Source of the DNA: Minutocellus sp. GHC0000111 | Lineage: Eukaryota | DNA length: 64,000 bases | Direction of reading: 5' to 3' | Assembly: GCA_977018835.1 (NCBI GenBank) | Contig: OZ361258.1 | Span: 434,001 to 498,000 of the forward strand | Shown here: piece by piece, positions 48,360 to 61,142 of the stretch | How positions within the stretch are numbered: the first letter of the stretch is position 1 | Layout of the letters: every line of letters begins with the position of its first letter | Made by a program: the position numbers and the translations under genes | Notes under the pieces: model-generated | Told to the model about the DNA's origin: nothing | The model's database searches: none | The model's input: only the letters and a program-made list of their open reading frames with translations

Positions 48360-50262
48360 ATGAAGTCCTACATGTCCCTCGCCCTGGCGGGCCTCCTGGC
48401 CACGTCGACTTCGGCCTTTGCCCCCAAGTCCCTCGCCGGTACCGCGAATCTCGCCCCCTCGACCGCCCGCGTCGGTTCGGAGCTCTTTGCCGGCCAATCC
48501 ATCCCCGAGATGACTCGAGGTGGCACCGGTTGGGATTCCTTCTGCGACGTCCCCGAGGGAACCACCATCGTCCCCGGCGGGGAGGCTCAGCGCCCCTTCC
48601 GCCGCACGGTCTACACCCACGACGACTGGAAGAAGCACCGATCGCAGGATCGATTCATCTACTATTTGCAGGCCATCTTCAACAATGGCGTGTACGCCAA
48701 CCTGGGCCGGGAGGTGCTGGCCATTACGGCCATTGCCACCGCGTTGGTGGTGTACAATGGTTGTGCTGGTGGCTTCACCGATCTTCTGGGCAACAAGTCG
48801 GCCGCGGTCTTTCCTGATCTGCCAAAGCTCACTCTGCCTTTGGCGGCCTTCACCATTACCAGCCCCTCGCTTGGTCTTCTTCTTGGTAAGTTGGTTGGGT
48901 GCAATTTGCAATTTGCAACTGCATTCATATTATTGTTGTTGAGATTCTAATTGTTTTTGTTATTATTTCATCATCTTCTTCTGTATCTCACCCGCTTTTG
49001 CCTTCTCCATTTCCGATTCTCAGTCTTCCGAACCAACACCAGTTACCAGCGTTGGGACGAGGCACGAAAGAACTGGGGTATGAACATCAACCACACTCGG
49101 TGAGTTTTTCACATCATTTACATGCAACGAACTGACATCAATTTGCCTCGAATCTCGTTGAATTGTTCTCGTTCGGCTTCGGCTCTATGTCTGACTGATA
49201 CTTTTGCATCGCGTTGAGCAAAACGAATTCGAGCATATTGCAATATCTTGTGTCGCATGAAGTCGTTGGATCGGAAATCGTTCTCAAGTCACCAAATGTT
49301 CCTTTTTTCTCACATTCCAATTGCATTATTCGCGAAACATGACTCTTTTTTCACTCGCCAGTGATCTTACCCGAATGGCCAACGCCTACTATGACGACCG
49401 CGGTGTTACCCCCGAGCAGCGCGCCGACGACCTTAACCACGTCGCCCTGTGCACCTGGGCCTTCGTCCGTGCCATGAAGCGTCATCTCATCCCCGAGGAG
49501 GAGGACGAGGCCGCCTTCCGTGAGGAGCTGTACGAGAAGCTCCCCGCCCAGCAGGCCGAGATGATCATTGCCGCTGCCCACCGCCCCAACCGTGCCCTGC
49601 AGGATCTGAGCTTTGCCATTGACGACCTTCCCATGCACTTTATGCGAAAGAACGAAATTCACAAGGCCGTTACCATCTTTGAGGATGATTTGGGAAGTTC
49701 GGAGCGTATCTTGACCAGTCCCGTCCCTCTGTTCTACACCCGTCACTTGGCCCGTTTCCTCGCCATCTGGCTCCTTCTTCTTCCCCTTGGTATGTACGAT
49801 TCCTTCAAGGACACTTGGAATCACATTGGTCTCATTCCCTCGACGGTCGTCATCGCCACCATGCTTTTCGGTATTGAGGAAATTGGTACTCAGTTGGAAG
49901 AGCCCTTCACGGTCCTTCCCATGCAGGCCTTCTGCGATAAGATTTACAACTGGTGCATGGAGATTGTAAGCTGGTCGCCCGGTGACAATGGTCGGGAACT
50001 GACCCCGACGAAGACCGAGCACGCCTTCTTCACCTCGAAGCCCAACTCTACTCCTGCCGATGCCCCGCCAGTTTATGAGTACGCTGCCGCCCCGGCCGCC
50101 CCTGCTGTTCCTGTGGCTGCTGTCCCTGCTCCCGTTGCGGCTGCTCCTGCACCGGCCGCTGAGGACGCTGCCGTTGCTGCCGCCACCGCCGCTCTTGGAA
50201 AGGACCAAAGCTCGGCACCGGCCAAGAAGTCCAGTGGCTTCTCGTACCTTGACAACCTTTAA
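48360..50262 (+). CDS. Plastid/thylakoid bestrophin-like protein (BST/VCCN, UPF0187); exons 48360-48885, 49024-49099, 49362-50262
   Basis: Signal peptide plus SAFAP. The spliced sequence has LGLLLVFRTNTSYQRWDEARK.WG, ERILTSPVP..YTRH..RFL and GIEEIG.QLEEPF; 500 aa. Confidence 0.92.
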
Positions 50263-52604
50263 GCAGAATCTTGGAGGTATCCCGTGATCTTTTCCAGCCC
50301 CTTCTTTTGTAAATGGAAATGCCAACAAAGGAAGAGGAAAATCTGCAAACATTGGTTTGATAATAATTTCTCAGCGAACAACAACTTCGGCAACAATGCC
50401 ATCACCATCACCGCATCGATAGCTAACCGATGCACTTAAAACTACATAAACAGCAGAAAACATGTAAAACTTCAAAATCAGCTAGGCCTCATTATGGCAG
50501 TATGTTCATTTTATCGAATTGAAGTGGATATGACCTCAGAGCAGCAGCAGCAGCGCAATTCCAGCCAATAATCCTGATGCTTGGCGAGATCGAGTGGGCG
50601 CCATTATCAGCGCGCTCTCCGAGGGCACTTCGTGATTGCTACGAAGTGGTGAGAAGGACAGCAGACTGGCACCGACTACATGTACATGTAGAGAATCAAG
50701 ATCTACCACGTAGCTAGTAGACTAGATCTACATGTAACATGCACAATCTAGATCTACCGGCACCGTGTTCACACACCGATTTCTAATGTAATGAGACTAC
50801 CAGTACCGGTAGGTTTTTCATTTTTGGAGAGGAAAGAAAGATGAAAAGAGGCGGCGGCTTGTAAATCCTTTGTTGCAGATCTCTCAATTCATTCGTGTTG
50901 TGGTGCCATCGATAAAAGTGGCATCAGTTAGATCTATGCCACATGTGACTGTTACAATTGTTATGTAAACTATTACACAAGTGTAGACCTGTAGAGCTAA
51001 ACCAAAGATTCACTTTGCTCTGCACAATTTGATGGGCCAAGTGGATCACTACGCAAGCTTGCGATCCCCTTGGCCGAAATTAACAATTTATGAATTCCTA
51101 CGTAGGAATTCCTGCGTTCCAGACGTGTCTGCTGCACAACATGACAGCAAGTTCTGGATTCGCCATGTACAAATGCATTGGCAACATCCAATCAGCCAAG
51201 ATAGGAAGTAAATGCTGCAAGCACTTCTCTCCCAGCACAAACAAACCTTGTGCACGCCGCTCAAAGCTCAAATGAACGAAATACATCTCAAGGCTTGAGA
51301 ACTTGGCATGTGAATGAATCAGAACGACTTTTTGAATCGTCGAATGTCCTCGATCAACAAAGCTCGTACTTTTTTCAGTCGGTGTCGTCAACGTAACAAG
51401 TGATGACTCAACCCCCACAGGAGCCGTCAACATCACCCTCGTCCGCGTAGTCGAAGTCTCTTGAGCACCGACCACCCTTTTCGCGCGAGATCAAAGTTCA
51501 AAAGTCGCGATGCAGTGAAGATTTTTTCCGGACCTCCTTGCCAAGCGGAAGCAACTGATGTGCTGGAAACGATGGTGTGATTGTTCTTCTTAATCCTTGT
51601 TCACTCACACGAAGACACGAGATAAATGGTTTCGTTGACTGGCGATAGCTCAAGCATGTTTGCCGAGAGGCCGGGAAGTGCTACGTAGCTAGAAGTAAGC
51701 TCGTCGCTACTTTGCTTTCGGGCGTTTCGAGCGTCCAGTCCCGAGAGGGCAGCGCAGGACGATGAAGTCATTTGAAGAGAGAGGCAAAATAAGCTGGCAT
51801 GCCTGGAAAGCGATTGATGTAGAACACATGCTTGCGACAAAGGGGAGGGATGTGAACAGCAAACGAAGGCGACAGCGGTCCTGGCATGCTGTTGACTTGA
51901 CTCGACTCAGTCGACTAAGCAAAAGATGCCGAAAAGAACCCCAAGATGTCTCAAAACGCAAAGCTCGGATTTTGATGCCATTCCATCCACCTCTTAACCA
52001 TGATGTGTACAATCACATGGAGAAGACACAGCCGATTCTATTGGCTCGTTTTCGAGTTCCACCCCGATCCTTCTTTGATTCAAAATCCCACAGCAAATAA
52101 TTGAGTGCCCGAGACGGACGACGGAAAGACAACAAACGAGACGTTGCCGGTGATGTGCTCAGCGTTTGCGATTTTTTGGCGGCGGCGGCCTTCGACCACC
52201 ACCAAAACTTTTATGCCACACACCGGCAAGGCGGCGGTGGTCCATTTGTCGAGACTTGTGAGTTGGTCCTTTTGATGCCACGTGACATGCAATCTTTTAT
52301 GTTTACATGAAATTATGATGTGTGCTCTTGCTAATGCAAGTGCGGCGACCTATTCTTGAATAGGGTTCTTTTTGACATGCTTCGCGGGACGAACCACCAG
52401 CAGCGAAACGCACAGCAACCAGCAGTCGCCAGTCAAATTTCTCGATAAAACACCGAGAATCCCCATAGGGGCATAGTGTCCAGTGACGTGTTGGCTCATG
52501 CTGGAAACGAAATGGTCTTCCTTTCCATTTTATTTCCTCCCGGCGAGAGATACCCGCCACCAATACGCCCAGCCCCGCCTTTATCGCACCCAGTCATAAG
52601 CACA

Positions 52605-52967
52605 ATGATCCGAAGATCTCCCCTCTTCTTTGCCGTTTTTGCGGGTCTCCTCGCGGTTTCTTCAGCATTCGTCCATCCCGCCAACTTTGTCTCGAGCCGA
52701 CCAACCGGACAAAGTTCAACATGCGACCCATCACTCTCGGCCCTTGCACCGGCAAGTGCTGCCGATATCCTGTCCAATGAATTGCCATCGACTGCCATCT
52801 CTGCGGCTACCGTCGATCCTACGTCGTTCCTGTCCAGTGTGTTGGGTGGTCTGCTCGGAAGTCCCGCTATTCTTTTGGTACCGATATTGGCCGCTGTTGG
52901 GGTCGCGACGGCCATTGCCGCCGGCATAGTTTGGTATGCGAACCCGGCCGATGAGGACGAGGACTAG
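52605..52967 (+). CDS. Small plastid-targeted single-TM protein
   Basis: Signal peptide plus SSAFV motif, a C-terminal hydrophobic helix and an acidic tail YANPADEDED. Confidence 0.7.
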   Translation: MIRRSPLFFAVFAGLLAVSSAFVHPANFVSSRPTGQSSTCDPSLSALAPASAADILSNELPSTAISAATVDPTSFLSSVLGGLLGSPAILLVPILAAVGVATAIAAGIVWYANPADEDED

Positions 52968-53229
52968 AGTCGAATGATCACTTGGGACATTTCATCATGT
53001 GCGAAATGGTGTAGCTGGGTCTATCATTTGGTCGGCGAAGCCGGCCAATGGCGACGAGGATTAGATTATCGAAGGTTCGATGAAAGAATTATGCCGCGTC
53101 GATATGCGGAATGTGAAAGGATATACATGTAGTTTGGGCATCGTGCGCAACCAAGCGTTTGAACATTCAATTATAGGGAACAACAGGCATATATTCTTTT
53201 TTTTGCATTTATCTTGTATTAGCATAGAT

Positions 53230-54518
53230 CTACTTTTTCTTGGCATCGCTGTATCTCCACCATGCCGCCAGTATACTTCCCAGGCAAGAATGCGCCGTTG
53301 CAGAGAGAGCACCTGGCAACGATGCCAGCGGATCGGCACCAACACCACGGCCAAAGCCGAGTTCTGCATGCCGGTTTCAATACTGATGGTCCTTGCAGTC
53401 TTTTCCTCGTAGCCGAGTCCGAATCGAGGCACGCTATATCCAGCCAAGAATCCCAGCGAATGCAAAAGTAGGACAGATCCGACCACAATTGGCACGAGGG
53501 ATGCCGATCCACCAAGACCAAGAATTGTACTGGCATTCTGAGCAACTACGCCGCCGCATATAAGCGCCACAAGAACTACGGACGCAAAGGGTGTAAATCT
53601 CGACAATGCCTTGGTCAGCTTGGGTGCACGTTCGTTCAGTATCATCCCCAGCAGGACCGGTGCCAGCACGACCTTGGCCGTCGCAAAGCACAAAGCCACG
53701 CCCGATACCTCCACGGCTCTACCGACCAAGGTTTTGACGAGCAGAGGTGTTACCGCCGATGCCAATATGGTGGAACAGCTGGTCAGCAATACCGACAGGG
53801 CTACGTCGGCTCCGGCAATCAACGACACGAGGTTGGAAGCCGTACCACCGGGACTGCAGCCTACCAAGGTCAAACCCAGAAACAACGCCGGTCCAGCCGT
53901 GGCCGATGCCACGTCCATCCCCGCCTTGAGCAGCAACGTCCGACCAACCAAGAAGGCACTAAGTGGCATGATGCAAAACTGACACAACACACCCGCAGGA
54001 ACACTAGCTGGATATTTCTTCAATACGTCGGTAAAATCCTTCTTTTCCAGAGTCATGCCCGTACCTGCCATGACGGTGGCTAGCATGATGCTGATGAGGT
54101 TGCCCTGATTGACCCAGAGGAGCGTGGAGGGGGCGCGGGTGGCCAATATTGCCGATCCGAGGACAAAGAATGGAAAGGCCGAGGTCAGCTTCGACAGGAC
54201 GGCATCGAGCTTATTGTTCGTTACTGATGGCTCATCTCCTGAATTGGATGAATCCGCATCGTCGCTACTGGCGCTGGAGTAAAGGTTGACAGAACGAGAG
54301 CTTCTGCCGCTGACAACAGTAGAGACACGTACAGGTGGTGATGACACCTGCTGTGTTCCTCCGTATCTTGGGAGAGCCGTTATCGGTGCTGGCGCCGTAA
54401 ATGCATCGATTTGAGATGCAAACACAATCAGACATATTAACATGAGGGTAAATGGAGCTGATGACAAGTGCAGTTGCCGCACCGAGACGCAACGACGGGC
54501 ACCGTTCGAGCTCACCAT
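53230..54518 (-). pseudogene. Plastid bile acid:sodium symporter (BASS) family transporter; frameshift near 53340
   Basis: Motifs MAGTGMTL, QFCIMP, SPGGTASN and TISIETGMQNSALA. The expected last helix GADPLASLPGALSATAHSCLGSILAAWWR lies in another frame, ending in TAG at 53230. Confidence 0.8.
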
Positions 54519-54884
54519 CTTGAAGGCAAGCTTTTGGTATCGGTATTTGATCGTACGTCGTAAGTTGGAAAATGAGCCGAGCGGCTGGGAGAGGTGGGGT
54601 TCTCCCCTTTTTACAAAATAAAGGGGGAAAGGGCTGTTGTACCAGCGATGACCAGACATGTCGAAGTGTCATCCCAAAAGTCGGAACCACCCTACCGCAA
54701 GATTGCATGAAGGCAAAGTCAGGTCAATTATGTCTGCAATAGCGGTTTATTGCACGAGAGGTCATTACGAGGCACCGGCCATCACATCACGTTGCATTTG
54801 CATTTGCATTTGCCTTTTTGCAGAGATCGAAGGATAGATTTCTAAGCTGGAAATTGAGTCGCCACTGCTTGGTTCGCTGCAATC

Positions 54885-57036
54885 ATGAACCCGAACTCTG
54901 CTGTGATCCTGGCGCTTCTCGCCGCTGATTGTTTTATTTCCATCGTGTCCGCAGAAGATACTCGCCCGAATTTCATAATCATGCAGCCAGGTACGTACTA
55001 GTAGTAATGTAATATTCGGAATAACTACGATCAAAGTCCTTCGTTCTTCGATTTTACTTCATTCACTCATTCACTCTCGTCTCACGCCTTTGATGCCCTT
55101 TGATGCCACAACATGTCGACCCGACTCTTTCACAGATGACCTGCAGTTCTATGAAGAATGGGGACCTCCTGCTCATTTCAACGGCGAGCCAGAGCATCAC
55201 TATCCGGCTAATTCGGATCTGCCGTGGATGAATTATCTACGAGACAACGGCCTTACGATGATGCAAGCCTACACTGCCTCCCCAAAGTGTGGAACCTCGC
55301 GCTACTCGACCATAACTGGCCGCTATCCTGCTCGGTCATCGTATGGTCGCAACTCAGCCATCAACAATTTTGATAGCACCGGCGAATACATCGATGTGTC
55401 GCCGGTGACGATCCCCAGCACAAAACTTCAAGATGTGGCTGTAGACGACGGGGATGATTGTAGCACGGGCAACCTTGCAGCTCTGCTTAAAGGCGAAGGA
55501 TATCGCACCGGTGTAACAGGCAAGTGGCATCTCCTAAATACCAATCGTCGTGATGATTATCAAGGCATTCAGCAACAGGTTCGAGATTGCGGCTTTGACT
55601 TCGTTGAGGCGCTCTACAAAGACAACATCAGCTCATGGGCGACCGAGGACGGCTTCCATCACAATCACGAGTATGTCACCGCCAAGGCTCTACAATTTAT
55701 TGTCGACGAAGCACCTTCGGATGGCACTCGCCAGCCCTTTTTCTTATATTTCAATCCTACAATCCCCCACGGGCCAAGTGTTTTTGACGCTCTCGAAAAC
55801 TACAACTGCACAGACACTCCGGCTGGAGCAGACAGCATTGATATATCAGAGGTTAACAATATACCCAAAATGACCGCTGAATATGGAAATTCCTGTACAG
55901 CCTATCGTCAGGGCGTCATTGCCCGAGCAGGGGGGTCCACAGAAAACAAGGACTTGGGCGCAATCTGGACCGACGATTCAATCGGTGCTCTCATCTCTAC
56001 TCTTGATGATGTCGGTGAGCTCAACAATACGTACCTCCTTTTTCAACAAGACCATGGGCAGGAAGGCAAGTCGTCACTCTTTGAACCAGGTGTTCGTATC
56101 GTCCAGCACGTACACTTTCCCAACGGCAACTTTTACTCTCATCAGTTCCATGGTGTCGTATCAACCATTGATATCGGTCCTACCATCGCCGACTTTGCAG
56201 GCATTAGCTACAATCCAGGTTTGTTTACTCACCACTATGAGATGGATGGTCGATCTTGGATGTCCGCCGTCCAACAGGGAGATTCATGGCCCGATAATGA
56301 CAATACATGCATCGCCTCAGCCATGGAGAAAGATCGATCTGTTGTATGTGGCTGCGATAAGTACATCCGCATCTACAATGTTAGCTCGACAAATGCCGGG
56401 ACGGTGCGGGATGGAACAGACGCCAATTATGGCATTGATTTTGCAGAAGAAATGCTCTTTGATCTTTGTGCTGGCACAGGTACATACCAAATCTCACCCG
56501 CAGGCAGTCCCGAAATGGACAACCAATTCTTTGCGCGACAAGAGAGATCTCAACAGCTATCAGAATTCATGGACTGCCATGTTGCCGCAACGGATCCAAA
56601 CAATGTTCCCGACTATACTGGATGCTCACTACCGACATTAGCTCCAACACCAGAGCCCACCTCTGCTCCTTCATTTTCAACTGCACCATCAAACGAGCCA
56701 ACACCCAGTTGCTCCGATGATTCTGGACCTGTCATTCGGCGACGTAACGGCGCAAGTAGGAGCTGTGAATGGGCTGCCCAAAACAATCGATGCGGCGCAC
56801 TTTTTGAAGAGTACGAGTGGGGCTGGACTTGCCCAATTGCTTGCTACGGCAAATGCTGTTCAGATAGCGAGAAGTTCAATGATGAATTTTGTTTGTCCAA
56901 TGACGACTGTTGCTCTGGGTTATGCTTGGCTGCTGGTACGTGCTCATTTTGCCTGGAGGTTGGCCGAAACTGCGGTTCTGATACAGATTGCTGTTCTGGT
57001 TTTTGTCTTGGTGGCACCTGCGAGATTGTAAGCTAA
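54885..57036 (+). CDS. Secreted sulfatase with a PT-rich linker and Cys-rich C-terminal modules; intron 54991-55135
   Basis: Signal peptide, spliced RPNFIIMQP-DDL, motifs SPKCGTSRYSTITGRY, GYRTGVTGKWHL and QQDHG. The tail has CPIAC and repeated C....DCCSG.C. Confidence 0.88.
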
Positions 57037-57220
57037 ATTGAGAAGTCTGACAAGTGAACATAAAGACATCTAGTAGAACATTTACCGATACGGGTATGCA
57101 TCTCAGCCACCGATATGGCCAAGTGCTGCTTTACTCCTCCTACTGTATCTCTCGACACCTCACGTGTCCCAAGGTCACACTGCTTTCTCACGAGGGGCCG
57201 CCATCTCGCCAGCATCATCA

Positions 57221-60200
57221 TCAAGCCTGGCCGCTACCTCCCGATGGATTCATTTGATCCAGTTGCGCCGCTCGCTGCTTGAGCGCCTCGTTTGTTAGAT
57301 TCTCACTTTCTAGAGCCAACTTGAATTCTTTGAGGCGGAGAGCTTGGATTTTAGCGCTTGACATCTCTTCGTCCATCGTAGCGAGGGTGGCGCGGTAGTC
57401 GGCTTGGAGAGAAGCATTTTCCGGGAACGACTGCAAAAGGGTAGCCTGTCTTTGAGCCAGCGTGATGGTGGTCGACATCCTGTTGAGGGTCTTCAAATAC
57501 TGCAAATAATCTCGACAAGCCGCAGCCTTCAAATCCGTTGACGCCTGTTGTGCCTCTGCCGCCGACAAGGCCGAAGGTTCAGCAGCACCAGTGGCCAGTG
57601 CCGGATCGATATCGAGCGCGAGTCCGAGGGCTCCCAGCTGTTGAGGATCAAGCAGTTCACCGCCGCCAGTAGGATCGACGCCAGTAGGTGCAGGAAAGGC
57701 TCCGGGAAGAGGGGCCGGGGCTCCTGGAATTCCTGTTGGGGGCGGAGGAGCTGGAGCTGCAGGCAGTGGAGGAGGAACGGCAGCAGCAGCAGCTGCGGAA
57801 GGAGCAGGAGAGAACCCCATTGGAGCTGGAGGAGCCCCAGGATACGCCGGTGCGAGTGCCCCAGGATATGTCGGTGGTGCCGGTGCCCCTGGAAATTGGC
57901 CTGGGTACGGTGCCGGTGCGCCGGGAATCTGGCCAGGAAGCGGTGGAGGGACGGGGGGAGTTGGACCAAGGTCAGGGGGGACACCGGCAGGAGCTGGAGC
58001 ACCAAGACTGGGAGGCCTGGCCGCCTCAACTGCCGCAGCTGCCGCCGCCGCAGCTTCTTCCGCCTTCTTCTGTTGGAGCTGAAGGAAATAAAAGTGCTCC
58101 AGCTTCTTCTGCTCCTCTGCGTGCGCACTTACGGCCTCAATTTCAGCTGTAAGAGGGAAAAAGAGGCAGAACAGAAAGCAAACAATGTTAGCTGGGAGCT
58201 CGAAAGCGCAACGATACCAGAATTTTCACAACAACGCTATCCTCACCTCTCGCCGCCAAATCGCCAGGAGTTAGAGCTGCTTTTTGCGCATTCAGATATG
58301 CAGCGTATTGATCCGGTGCAGCCAACTCCATGGCCGACAAAGGGGGCGGAACGCCAGGAATGGGGGCTCCAGGAAGGGGCGGCATTCCAGCGGCAGCAGC
58401 TTGGTGATACATTGCTGCAGCAGCAATCGGATCTTGCATGCCAGCGGCGCCTCCATATCCAGCTTGCATGGCAGCTGCGTGGGCATGAGCCGCCGCGGCC
58501 TGCGCTCCGTACGCACTCGCCGCCGCCGCGGCGGCTCTTTGCGCCTCCCTCTGCTGCCTCTGGGCAATGGCCTGGGCATACTCCGGCGGTAGCGTCCCCT
58601 GCTCAAAGGCCGCCGCCGTGGCTCGTTCGGCAGCCGTCTGGTACGGTCCACCTCCTCCGGCAGCGGCCACGGCGGCAGCGGCCACGGCGGCAGCATGAGC
58701 GGCCGACATTGGCGTGCTCTTCTTGAACAGACTGAGCAAACCCGACGCGGCCTTGACGTTGTCGTTGTTGAGCTTCCGTGCCGCACCGTGCTGGTTGGCA
58801 TTGGCCTTGGTCGCCGGCTTGGTTCCGCGGCGGTTGATCGGCTCGGCCTGAACAGTCATCAGCCTGGCCTTGGTCATGTCCCCGCCGGGTCCGACCATCA
58901 TGGGCTGTCCATCGAAGCCAAGCATGGGAGCAGCACCAGCTACAGGATACGCAGCTGCAGCCGCTGCAGCAGCCGTCGCCGCCACGGCCGCCGGCGTGGG
59001 TGCCGACGTCAATGGTCTGGCAGCGGTAGGATCAAACGCCGTCAGATCCTCCTCGGTACCCATCTGCAGATACCCACCCTTCTCCACCACGCCCATATCC
59101 TTGCAGCTCTGAGCCAAGTAGATGTACGAGTCCTTCTTACTCTGGACGGCCTTGTTCTTGATGGCGGCGTAGCGCGTTTTGACGTTGGGCGGGAGCTGCT
59201 GGCACGACATGAGATGATGCCGCTGAAAGTTGCGCATGGCCATGTGGATGGCCCGGACGGACTTGGGATACAGCACCGAGCCCTTGGCGCGGTCCTTGAG
59301 AGGGATGTGGGTGCAGTGCACACAACGGAGTCCGACCTGTCCCATGGCGGGAGGGTGGATCGACCCACCGGCCGTGCGGCGTTCGTCGATGTCCCCCTGG
59401 TTGGCCGCGAAGCATTCCATCTGCTGTCGGACGAGGCATAGCTGAGGGCTGAGCCAATCCTCGTCCGAGGGTCGGTACAGCGGCTGGGCGGTCGGGTTGT
59501 TCTTGGGATTGGAGGCGCCGTGGTTGTAGTTGTCGTCATAGACCGTAAGGCCGAGGTTGGGATCGCGGGCGTTGGACGTGGCATTGGCACCGATACCGAC
59601 GGCACTGAGCTGTCCGACGGGGACACCACTTAGGTCTACTGGACGGGTTGGGATCGATGGTGGGCCAGGCTGCTGCTGTGCCACACTCCCCCCGGCGGTA
59701 CCGGTCGGGGCCGTGCCCAACCCATGGATGGCCACGTCGGCCGTGGCAGCCGCGTGGTTGGCGGCCGCCGCGGCCTCGGCGGCAGCCTGTCCAGCCGACA
59801 CCCCGGAGGGAGAGAGCGGGGTGGGCTGATTGCCACTATTCGTGGCCGAAGCTGGGGCGGTACCGTCCGGAGCCAGTACGACGGGAGCCCCGCCTGGCCC
59901 GAGCCGGAAGCACTTGGAGGCTACGGCCTTTTGCGCCGCCGCCTGCTGATGGGCCGCGATCATGGCAGCTGGCGGAGGTGGCAGTCTACCTGGTGGCAGT
60001 ACCGGCGGCATCATGCCGCCCAATGGAGGTGGAGGTGGAGGCAATCCAGGAGGCACGCCAGGTGCAGGGACGGCGGCGGCGGATCCTCCGGGAGTACCAG
60101 GCGGAGCAGCAGCACCGGGAGGAGGCAAGGCGGCAGCACCGGGAGGAGGCAAGGCAGCAGCACCAGGGCCAGCAGGAACAGGAACGGGAAGGCCTGCTGG

Positions 60201-61142
60201 TTGGGCTGTTGGGGGCATCTGTGCAATCTGACCCGGCAGGAGAGGCATGGCCTCCGTACCAGCAGTAGCAGCACCGGTGGCCGTGGGAGAAGCACCTGGC
60301 GCACCGGTGGCGGCGTCGGTGGCGGGGGCAGCTACTGGTACTTGCGCTGGTACTGAGTCCGGAACTGCAGTAGCTGTCGGCGGCATCGTCATCTGTGCAG
60401 CAGCTGGATCTGCCAGAGTAGGAGTAGGAGCAGTCGCAACGCCAGCCTGAGCCTGATCTTGAGCTGGAGGCTGAGCCTGGGCTGGAACAACGGCACCGGC
60501 AGTGACCGGAACCGGTGCGACTGCGGCAGCTTGCGGACTTCCGGGAGCACCGCCGCCGGCTGCCGCAGTATTGGTCGCAGTCGGAGGAACACTGACACTG
60601 GCAGCTTCGGCCCCGGTCCCGGGCGGCTGGACCGCGGGCTGCGGAACTCCTGCTGATGCATGCATCTGTGCAGCAGCAGCAGCAGCAGCACCAACAGCTC
60701 CGTTCGGAACACCAGCGCCTGGCACTGGGAGCGCCACCGCAGTGCTGTCGGAGGCGAGAGAAGGAGCCGGACCACCACCAGCTCGTTGTGCTACGGCCGG
60801 AACTGCAGTGACAGCAGTGGCAGTATTGGTCGTATCGGCGTCACCCCCGTTGAAATTCGGGGGCGGCACCACCGAGGCCAGGGCCGCGGAAGCCGCCTCC
60901 TCCGCCAGGCATGCGGCTGCACTTGCAGTTCCAGTCGAAGCCGACGTCGAAGTGGCATCGCCATTGCTGGTGCTGGTGCCGGTGGTCGACGCCATCGATG
61001 GAGGAGAAGGTTGGGGCTGAGGTTGCTGTTCGGCCGAAGCCGACGCATTCGCAGGACCGTTCGGCACACCTGCTCCAGCCGCTGGTGCCGCCGCTGCCGC
61101 TGCCACTGGCGGCACCTGTGCCCCGTTCCTGGCGGTCGGCAT
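57221..61142 (-). CDS. Pro/Ala-rich protein with a diatom-type Cys/His domain (putative nuclear regulator); intron 58147-58246
   Basis: Domain LSPQLCLVRQQMECFAA...GQVGLRCVHC...YPKS...FQRHHLMSC. A GTGAGG...ACAG intron joins it to ORF 57221-57820 in frame (3822 nt). Confidence 0.75.

Noticed and set aside
50900..52400. Short ORFs between the bestrophin and the small plastid protein
   Set aside because: No family could be recognised.
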